From IMG/VR virus record IMGVR_UViG_3300043764_000100, positions 1-39,057 of that record: DNA of 39,057 nt; one strand, given 5' to 3'. This document shows positions 24,618-31,851 of the stretch, piece by piece; the first letter of the stretch is position 1, and each line of letters begins with the position of its first letter. The stretch comes from a virus. Taxonomy: Duplodnaviria > Caudoviricetes. The notes below the pieces were generated by a model. It was given only the letters and a program-made list of their open reading frames with translations. It did no database searches and was not told the origin of the DNA. The position numbers were made by a program, and so were the translations under genes.

Positions 24618-25286
24618 GTGGCCGCCGACACGCCCACCCCGCTCGCGACGTTCGCGCAGCTCCAGGAGGGCGCGTTCGCGGACCTCGTACGCTCCTACAC
24701 CTCGTCGCAGGTCCAGCAGGACCTCATGTCCGAGGCGACCCGCATGTGCGAACGTGCCGCCGGCCGCCGCCTGGCCCCATTCACGGGGCTGACGGAGACC
24801 GAGCGCGCTACCGGTATCGACTCGGACGAGTACATCTCCTCCGGGAACGTGCCGCTCGACCTCGCCGGGACGCTGGGCAAGTCCTATGCCGACGCCATGG
24901 GCACCACCAGCCTCGTCCGGCACGGCTGGCTGCAACAGTTCGCCCCGCATTACCCGGAGTTCTGGACCTACAGCCTCCAGTCGATCACCATCCACCGCTC
25001 CTACGGCGGCGACCAGGTAGTGAACCTCGCGAACGTGCGGGGACCGGACCCGGACACCGGGCACATCTGGTACCCGATCGGCACGTTCCTGCCGGTCGGC
25101 TCCTACGTGACGTACGTGTACGGCGGTGGCTACAGCACGAGCCCTGCCGACCTGGTCCGGGCCTGCAAGTACATGGCCGCCAGCATCGTCGTTCGGGAGC
25201 TGGATCCGACGATGGCCGGCCACGGGCACGACCCGGACGTGCTGGCCGCCGAGGCGCACGCCATCTGCGCCGACTACCAGGGCTGA
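24618..25286 (+). CDS. Head-tail adaptor (gp6/gp15-like, 222 aa)
   Basis: PLATFAQL, ATRMCERAAGRR, VTYVYGGGYS..PADLVRAC. Confidence 0.8.
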   Translation: MAADTPTPLATFAQLQEGAFADLVRSYTSSQVQQDLMSEATRMCERAAGRRLAPFTGLTETERATGIDSDEYISSGNVPLDLAGTLGKSYADAMGTTSLVRHGWLQQFAPHYPEFWTYSLQSITIHRSYGGDQVVNLANVRGPDPDTGHIWYPIGTFLPVGSYVTYVYGGGYSTSPADLVRACKYMAASIVVRELDPTMAGHGHDPDVLAAEAHAICADYQG

Positions 25287-25291
25287 CCACT

Positions 25292-25879
25292 GTGTGGGGC
25301 ACTCCTCAGCCGTCGAACGCCCAGCACACGACCCGGCGCCACCTGTCCGCGGCGGCCCGGGCGAAGATCTCCGCGCGCATGAAGGGCAGCAAGCGCCCGC
25401 ACCGGGGTCACGCCATGTCGGCGTCGGCCAGGGCGAAGATCTCGTCGAAGCTCAAGGGCCGACACCACGCGGGCCACAAGCTCTCAGCCTCGGCGAAGGC
25501 CAAGCTCTCCGCCAAGCTGAAGGGCAAGCACCGCACCCTGTCGGCTGCCGCCCGCGCCAAGCTGAAGGGCCGGAAGCACAAGCCGCTCTCGGCCTCGGCC
25601 CGCGCGAAGTTGAGCGCGAGGATGAAGGGCCGCAAGAGCAAGGGATCGCGCCGCAAGATGAGCCCGGCCGCGCGGGCGAAGCTGTCCGCCAGGATGCGCG
25701 GCCGCCACCGCAAGCCCGGCCACCGCAAGCCCATGTCGGCCGCCGCGAAGGCCAAGCTCTCAGCTCGGATGCGCGGGAAACACCGCCACGGGCACCCGAT
25801 GTCCGCTGCCGCCCGCGCCAAAGCCGCCGCGACCAGGCGCTCGCACCCCCGCAAGCAGCAGCGTAGGAGGCGAAGGTGA
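25292..25879 (+). CDS. Extremely basic tandem NUMOD3-like repeat protein (195 aa)
   Basis: Eight repeats of [LM]SA[AS]A[RK]AK[IL]SA[RK][ML][KR]G; no Asp or Glu; fills the gap between adaptor and tail terminator, with a GTGA overlap at 25876; phage-like codon use. Confidence 0.85.
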   Translation: MWGTPQPSNAQHTTRRHLSAAARAKISARMKGSKRPHRGHAMSASARAKISSKLKGRHHAGHKLSASAKAKLSAKLKGKHRTLSAAARAKLKGRKHKPLSASARAKLSARMKGRKSKGSRRKMSPAARAKLSARMRGRHRKPGHRKPMSAAAKAKLSARMRGKHRHGHPMSAAARAKAAATRRSHPRKQQRRRRR

Positions 25880-26379
25880 CCAACGGCCCAGCCAACGCGG
25901 TGGCTCGTGAGGTCGCATGGCTCACGACCACCGGCGACGGCCTGCCTTCCCTGCTGAAGGCGACCGGCGGCCCGTGGGACGTGATCCAGGCGTACATGCC
26001 CCGTACGCCCGCCACGCAGAAGACCCAGCTGTACGTCCTGCGGCGCCGCTGGCAGACCGACCGGTTCGGCACTGGACGACGCCTGCCGTCCTACCACTTC
26101 CATTTGGTGGCGTACTGGCCGATCGGCGCGACCACCACCGGTACGCAGATCGCCGAGACCGAGCAGGCCGCGTTCGACGCCGCGCTCTACCTGCTGGTCC
26201 AGCGCGTCGAGGGGTTCGTCAGCGACCACTCGCATGGCGGCCGCTTCCTTGCCGTCGGGGAGGCGCCGCCGACCACGGTGATCGAGGTCGAGTACGGGGA
26301 CCCGGCACAGGCCGTCACCTCGGGCGTCCTCACGGCGACCGTCACCTACACCGCGGACGACCAGGACTACACGGCCTGA
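25876..26379 (+). CDS. Tail terminator/completion-like protein (167 aa)
   Basis: AGGAGG RBS; position before the tail tube; D.SHGGRFL, LTATVTY.ADD. Confidence 0.7.
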   Translation: MTNGPANAVAREVAWLTTTGDGLPSLLKATGGPWDVIQAYMPRTPATQKTQLYVLRRRWQTDRFGTGRRLPSYHFHLVAYWPIGATTTGTQIAETEQAAFDAALYLLVQRVEGFVSDHSHGGRFLAVGEAPPTTVIEVEYGDPAQAVTSGVLTATVTYTADDQDYTA

Positions 26380-26412
26380 CCCCCGCCCATCCCAGCTTCC
26401 CGGAGGCTTCCC

Positions 26413-26643
26413 GTGTCCGACACGGCCCCCTACCTGCAGCGCAACCCCGGGCCGGATCCGGTGGATGTGCCGGCGATCCCGGCGACCGTCGGCCCCGGCG
26501 AGACCACGTCGTGGCACATTCCGATCGCAGGCTTCGAGCCCGTCCCGGTCGATACCGAGGCCCCGCCGCAGGCCGCCACCACCGCGCCGGAGTCCCCGGC
26601 CAAGACCACCAAGGCCCGGACCACTGCGGCCGGCGAGGAGTAG
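26413..26643 (+). CDS. Small hypothetical protein (76 aa)
   Basis: GGAGG RBS, GTG; typical small gene preceding a tail tube. Confidence 0.7.
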   Translation: MSDTAPYLQRNPGPDPVDVPAIPATVGPGETTSWHIPIAGFEPVPVDTEAPPQAATTAPESPAKTTKARTTAAGEE

Positions 26644-26646
26644 ACG

Positions 26647-27825
26647 ATGACCCAGCTCGCCCGCTACGGCACCCTCGGCCTCGCCAAGGAACCGCCGGGA
26701 ACGCCAGGCACGTACACGGCTCCGACCGTCGGCATCCCGTACACCGGCTCGTCCGGCTTCGAGGACATGATCGCCCAGATCAAGGACGAGAGCATCAGGG
26801 GCAACGACACCGTGCTGCAGGGCTCTTACCAGGGTCCCGCGCACGCCGAGTGGACCATCGACTGCCTGGCCTACCCCGATCTCGCCGGGCACTTCTTCGC
26901 GGCGACGATCGGCCCGGACACCGTCACCGCCGGGACGAGTACCACGCTGTCTGCGGCCACGGTCGTCGGGGCGACCGCCATCCAGGTCCCGGTGTCGCTG
27001 GCGGCTGGCACGATCGTCAAGGTCGGCTCCGGGGCGGCGATCGAGTACGCGATCACCGACGGCGCCCCGACCGGCGCGGGCCCCTACACGTCCAACGTCA
27101 CCACGGTGCTGGGCAAGACCGGCGTCAACCGCGTGGGCTTCGCCAACGCGCACTCCTCCTCGGACCCGGTCCTGACCCCGACCGCCCACACGTTCAAGCA
27201 GTCGAGCACCCCGCTGCCGACGTACTCGCTGACGTACTTCGACACGGTGAGCTACGTCAGTTGCTCGTACGCCCGGTTCGGTCAGCTGCAGATCAAGATC
27301 GACCCCAAGGGGGCGGTGACGCTCTCCACCAAGGCCACCTCGTTCCCGTCGGTGACAGCCAGCTCGGTCAGCGAGACCTACTCGACGTACGACCCGCTGC
27401 TCGGCTGGTCCTGGAACCTCACCAACGCCGGTGCCTCCAGCACCCGCGGTAAGTCCCTGGACGCGACGATCAAGCGGGCCGTGGAGGCGATCGAGTCCTC
27501 CGACGGCACCCAGACCCCGCGCGAGGTCTTCGCGGGTGCGCTGGAGTACGACGCCACGCTGAAGGCGATCTTCGAGAACAGCACCGACCTCAACCTGTTC
27601 CTCAGCAACACCCAGTTGCCGTTGACCGCGAGCATGCAGCAGCCGCTGACTCGCGGCGGCCAGTCCCTGACCCTGACTGCTTCCAAGACGGTCTGGCACA
27701 AGGGCAAGCGAGACATGGCCGGCAGCTATGCGCAGGCCGACTTCAGCGTCAGCGGCATCTGGAACTCGACGGACGGCGGCGCGGTGCAGGCCGTCTTGCT
27801 GAACTGGCAGACCACCGCTTACTAG
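26647..27825 (+). CDS. Major tail tube protein with an inserted beta domain (392 aa)
   Basis: GAGGAG RBS; LGLAKE..GT, DESIRG, Thr/Ser-rich beta composition; upstream of the chaperones and TMP. Confidence 0.87.
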   Translation: MTQLARYGTLGLAKEPPGTPGTYTAPTVGIPYTGSSGFEDMIAQIKDESIRGNDTVLQGSYQGPAHAEWTIDCLAYPDLAGHFFAATIGPDTVTAGTSTTLSAATVVGATAIQVPVSLAAGTIVKVGSGAAIEYAITDGAPTGAGPYTSNVTTVLGKTGVNRVGFANAHSSSDPVLTPTAHTFKQSSTPLPTYSLTYFDTVSYVSCSYARFGQLQIKIDPKGAVTLSTKATSFPSVTASSVSETYSTYDPLLGWSWNLTNAGASSTRGKSLDATIKRAVEAIESSDGTQTPREVFAGALEYDATLKAIFENSTDLNLFLSNTQLPLTASMQQPLTRGGQSLTLTASKTVWHKGKRDMAGSYAQADFSVSGIWNSTDGGAVQAVLLNWQTTAY

Positions 27826-27839
27826 GCGGTTCCTCGAAC

Positions 27840-27906
27840 GTCCCGGCCGCGGCTGCGGGCGCGCGAGCGTTGAGGGCGCGGGGACGCGTCCACGCCGCGC
27901 CGGGAC
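27840..27906 (+). other. Long imperfect hairpin between the tail tube and chaperone genes
   Basis: GTCCCGG/CCGGGAC, CGCGGC/GCCGCG and GGGCGCG/CGCGTCC stacked stems. Confidence 0.5.
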
Positions 27907-27936
27907 CCCCTTCCCCACCCCTCAAGGAGCACACTC

Positions 27937-28281
27937 ATGGCCGGGTACGCCAACCGCGTCATCACCCTCGACTTCCCCGAGCTGACCGAGCCCGACGCCG
28001 AACCGATCCGCGTGGTCATGCGCAACCCGAAGACCATGCCGGCCCAGGAGCTGACGGCCGACACCCCCGACAATGCCACCGCCGAGCAGCAGTTCCAGGC
28101 CGGCCTCGCCATCCTCGCCAAGCTGGTCATCGGCTGGCACGTGTACGACGCGACCAGCTTGGACGACGACCAGCCGCCGCTGGGGCTGCCCGCGACACCG
28201 GACAGCGTCGCGAAGCTGCCGATGGAGATCCAGAACCGGATGGCCGCCGAGCTCAAGGTCGTGACCGGCGCGGGAGCCTAG
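27937..28281 (+). CDS. Tail assembly chaperone (gpG-like, 114 aa)
   Basis: AAGGAG RBS; LVIGWHVYD...LPAT.DSVAKLP; lies between tube and TMP. Confidence 0.85.
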   Translation: MAGYANRVITLDFPELTEPDAEPIRVVMRNPKTMPAQELTADTPDNATAEQQFQAGLAILAKLVIGWHVYDATSLDDDQPPLGLPATPDSVAKLPMEIQNRMAAELKVVTGAGA

Positions 28282-28529
28282 GGCCGGATGACCCGTACCT
28301 GACTGAGGTGCTCTGGGCCGCTGAGAGCATTTATGACGGGACGTGGTCCTCCGGCCCGCCGCCGGACGAAGTCGTGGATTTCGAACTCATGCTGGCCATG
28401 GGCTGGACGTGGCAGGAGCTGCAGGACACGCCCTGGTACGTGCGCCGGTACACCTGGGACCTGATGGCCACCCGCCGCCAGGCCGAACAGGACGCCCAGG
28501 AGCGGGCGCACAGGAGGAACGGTGCCTGA
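28281..28529 (+). CDS. Tail assembly chaperone T-part (-1 frame; possible own start at GTG 28308)
   Basis: PPDEVVDFELMLAMGWTWQELQDTPWYVRR matches the gpT-like GWTxxELxxxP pattern; open in the -1 frame relative to the chaperone. Confidence 0.7.
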   Translation, partial: GPDDPYLTEVLWAAESIYDGTWSSGPPPDEVVDFELMLAMGWTWQELQDTPWYVRRYTWDLMATRRQAEQDAQERAHRRNGA

Positions 28530-28980
28530 ACTCCAGCCCGGGGTGATGACGGCGACCTTCGCCAAGCTCGGCGAGCAGGGCATCGCCCGGACGCCGATCG
28601 CCCTCGCGGACCTGGCCGACGCGATCCTCAAGCAGGCCAAGGTCAACGCCGGTAACGGCTCGCACGCGTGGGGTACCCCCACGCCGGCCCGGCCCGGCGA
28701 GGGGCCTGCGCAGATCTCCGGGACCTTGGTGCGGTCGCTGGCACGCACTGCGGTCAACCGCACCGGGACCGGCGCCGAGGTCCGCGTCGGCACCCAGCCC
28801 GGCATGGTGCCGCCGTACGGCCGGACCCCAAGCAGCAAGTACGGATCCTACCTGGAGGCCGGGCTGAAGAACGGTGCCCGCTACCCGTTCCTGACCACGG
28901 CCTTCGCCCTCGGGGTGCACGTTGCGGCACCCGCGATCTACCGCAAGGCCTACGGCGACGGCTGGAAGCGTCTGACCTAA
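28522..28980 (+). CDS. HK97 gp10-like tail completion protein (152 aa)
   Basis: AGGAGG RBS; PAQISGTLVRSL, VRVGT, YGSYLEAG, RYPFL. Confidence 0.78.
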   Translation: MPELQPGVMTATFAKLGEQGIARTPIALADLADAILKQAKVNAGNGSHAWGTPTPARPGEGPAQISGTLVRSLARTAVNRTGTGAEVRVGTQPGMVPPYGRTPSSKYGSYLEAGLKNGARYPFLTTAFALGVHVAAPAIYRKAYGDGWKRLT

Positions 28981-29046
28981 CCGGCCATCCGCCGCACCCC
29001 TCCGAACTGCCCGTCTTCGCGCCGCAGTAGATCACTTGGGGGTGAC

Positions 29047-31842
29047 ATGGCCTCCGAGGTTGCCGACCTGTTCGTGATCCTGCGGGCCGAGACCGCGCCG
29101 TTCATGGCGGGGATGAAGGGTGCGTCCGAGGAGGGCGAGTCGTTCGTCGCCAAGATGGGCGGCGTCGGCGGCATGATGACCAAGCTCGGCGCGGCCACCA
29201 CCGCGGCAGGCGTCGCAGTCGCCGGGGTGAGCATCCGGATGGCCGGTGACTTCCAGGCGTCGATGCTCAAACTCACCACCACCGCAGGTGAGTCCGAGGC
29301 CAACCTCAACATGGTCTCGGAGGGTGTCAAGAAGCTCGCCGTCGAGACGGGGACCTCGACCAAGCAGCTCGCTGACGGCATGTACCTGGTGGAGTCGGCC
29401 GGCTTCCACGGTGCCGATGGCCTGACGGTATTGCGGGCGGCGGCGGAAGGTGCGCGAGCCGAGCAGGCGCCGCTCGCCGAGGTCAGCAACGCCGTCACTT
29501 CTGCGCTGAAGTCGTACCACCTGCCCGCCGAGCAGGCGACGACCATCACGAATCAAATGGTTGCCGCTGTCGGTGCGGGCAAGATGACGTTTAGTGAATT
29601 CTCCAGCAGTCTCGCCACTGTTCTGCCGATTGCTTCGAGCGCACACGTAGGTTTTGACCAAGTCGGCGGCGCAATAGCGACGTTGACTAATCATGGCACC
29701 AGCGCCCGGGAAGCGACCCAGGAACTGGCGTTCAGCATCAGGTCGTTGCAGGCGCCGAACAACGTCGCGGTAGCCGAGATGCAGAGGTTGGGCCTCTCGT
29801 CCATCGACATCTCTACGAAGCTCGGCGAACGTGGCCTGACCGGCACAATCGACCTCCTGCAGCAGGCAGTTCTGCAGCATATGGGCCCGGCTGGCACCGT
29901 CCTCCTGAACACCTTCAACACCTCGAAGCAGGCCGCCCAGGACGCGAACGCGATGATCGCGTCGATGCCGAAGTCCCTCCAGGACGTGGCCAAGGAGTTC
30001 CAGGCCGGGAAGATCTCCATGGGCGACTGGAGATCGACCCTCAAGGGCCTACCGGTCGACCAGGCCAACCTCGCCTCGCAGTTCGCCACTTTGATCAACA
30101 AGTCGCAGGGATTCAACCAGCAGTTGAAGGCCGGAGGCCCCTCCGAAGAAACCTTCAACGCGAGCATGAAGAAAATGATGGGCGGGGCCACCGGCCTTAA
30201 CACCGCCCTCATGCTCGGCGGCGAAAATATGGGGGACTTCGAAAAGAACGTCAAGACGGTTGGGGCTGCCGGAAAGGACGCCGGGAAGGACATCACAGGC
30301 TGGGCCGACATCCAGAAGACGTTCAACTTCCAGATGTCCCAGTTGAAGGAGCGTCTGGAAACGGCCGCCATCACGATCGGTACGAAGCTGATCCCGGTCG
30401 TGCTGTCGGTCACCAACTTCTTCCTGCAGCACAAGACCGTGGCCGAGGGATTGGCGGTCGTAATCGGCGGAGTTCTGACCGCCGCCGTCCTGTCGTTCGC
30501 GACCGGTGCGGTGGTTGGCGCGGTCAAGGGCATCGCCGACATCGGCAAGGGCCTTGCCGCAGCCACGACGGCGGTCCGGGATTTCGAGCTCGGCCAGAAG
30601 CTGGCTGCCGCGGCATCCAAGGTCATGGCGGCCGCGCAGGCCGCCTTGAACATGGTGATGGACGCGAACCCGATCGTCCTGATCGTCATCGCGCTGGCCG
30701 CACTCGTTGCCGGGCTCGTCTACGCCTACAACCACAGCGAGGCGTTCCGGCGGATCGTTCAGGCCGCGTTCCATGCTGTCGAGCAGGCAGCGGTGTCCGT
30801 GTGGCACACCCTGCAGTCGATCTGGTCTGCCGTGGCTGGCGCGGCCGCCACGGTGTGGCACGGGATTGAGGCCGCCTGGAATGCCATCGCGAGCGTCACG
30901 ACCGCCGTTTGGAACGGCATCTCGGCGTTCTTCAAGAAGTGGTGGCCGTTGCTCTTGGTCATCTTCTTCCCGGTTCTCGCGATCATTATTGCGATCTGGA
31001 ACCACTTCCACGAGCAGATCATTTCAGTCGCCAAGACGGTCTGGAATGCCGTCAGCGACTTCTGTGTTGGCGCCTGGAATTACCTCATGGAAGCGGCACG
31101 GTTTGCTTGGGGTCTGGTCCACGACTATGTGGTGCAGCCGACCGAGAAGGCTTGGCGCAAGGTGCAAAGCCTGTGGTCAGAGGCGTCCGCGTGGCTCTCC
31201 GGGAAGTGGCACGAGATCGAGGCGTTCGCCGGGGCGATCTGGGACGGCATCAAGCAGAAGGTCGTCGACCCTGCGATGGACCTGTGGCACAAGGTCTCCG
31301 ACATCTTCAACCAGATATCCCAGGTGATCAACAAGGCGTTCGACGACGCCTGGAACTACGTGTCGAACCTTGCCGGAAAGTTCTGGCAGCTCGGGAAAGA
31401 CATCGTCATGGGCATCGTCAAAGGCGTCAAGGACGGGGCCGGGTATCTGTTCGACTCCCTCAAGGGACTCGCCGAGGGTGCACTCAACAAGGCCAAGGAC
31501 TTCCTTGGCATCAACAGCCCCTCGAAGCTTTTCGCTGACCACGTAGGAAAAAGCATTCCTGAGGGCATCGCCAAGGGCGTGGACGACCACAGTCAGATCG
31601 CATTCGATTCCGTGACAGGTCTCGCCGGAAATCTGACCGGCAAGTTCACTGCGGGCGGCGCGCAGGGCCTCGCCGTGGCTGGCGGCCTCGGCGGGGGCGC
31701 TGGCGGCACGACCGTCGTCCTCAACGTGACCGTCCAGGGCAGCGTCCTGTCGGAGAACGACCTGCGCGACGTGATGGAGAGGCAGATGCTCCAGCTTGGC
31801 ATGCGTAACTCCACGACCTGGCAGAACTACGCCCGCCGTTAG
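29047..31842 (+). CDS. Tape measure protein, TP901-type core (931 aa)
   Basis: Long helical Ala/Gly-rich ORF; GMYLVESAG, VGAGKMTF, ANPIVLIVIALAALVAGLVYAY, Trp repeats at about 11-aa spacing, LGINSPSKLF. Confidence 0.95.
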   Translation: MASEVADLFVILRAETAPFMAGMKGASEEGESFVAKMGGVGGMMTKLGAATTAAGVAVAGVSIRMAGDFQASMLKLTTTAGESEANLNMVSEGVKKLAVETGTSTKQLADGMYLVESAGFHGADGLTVLRAAAEGARAEQAPLAEVSNAVTSALKSYHLPAEQATTITNQMVAAVGAGKMTFSEFSSSLATVLPIASSAHVGFDQVGGAIATLTNHGTSAREATQELAFSIRSLQAPNNVAVAEMQRLGLSSIDISTKLGERGLTGTIDLLQQAVLQHMGPAGTVLLNTFNTSKQAAQDANAMIASMPKSLQDVAKEFQAGKISMGDWRSTLKGLPVDQANLASQFATLINKSQGFNQQLKAGGPSEETFNASMKKMMGGATGLNTALMLGGENMGDFEKNVKTVGAAGKDAGKDITGWADIQKTFNFQMSQLKERLETAAITIGTKLIPVVLSVTNFFLQHKTVAEGLAVVIGGVLTAAVLSFATGAVVGAVKGIADIGKGLAAATTAVRDFELGQKLAAAASKVMAAAQAALNMVMDANPIVLIVIALAALVAGLVYAYNHSEAFRRIVQAAFHAVEQAAVSVWHTLQSIWSAVAGAAATVWHGIEAAWNAIASVTTAVWNGISAFFKKWWPLLLVIFFPVLAIIIAIWNHFHEQIISVAKTVWNAVSDFCVGAWNYLMEAARFAWGLVHDYVVQPTEKAWRKVQSLWSEASAWLSGKWHEIEAFAGAIWDGIKQKVVDPAMDLWHKVSDIFNQISQVINKAFDDAWNYVSNLAGKFWQLGKDIVMGIVKGVKDGAGYLFDSLKGLAEGALNKAKDFLGINSPSKLFADHVGKSIPEGIAKGVDDHSQIAFDSVTGLAGNLTGKFTAGGAQGLAVAGGLGGGAGGTTVVLNVTVQGSVLSENDLRDVMERQMLQLGMRNSTTWQNYARR

Positions 31843-31851
31843 GAGGCCTCC

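Noticed and set aside
25330-25830. Regularly spaced DNA repeats that could be read as a CRISPR array
   Set aside because: They are degenerate, vary at third codon positions and encode the protein repeat; no cas genes are present.
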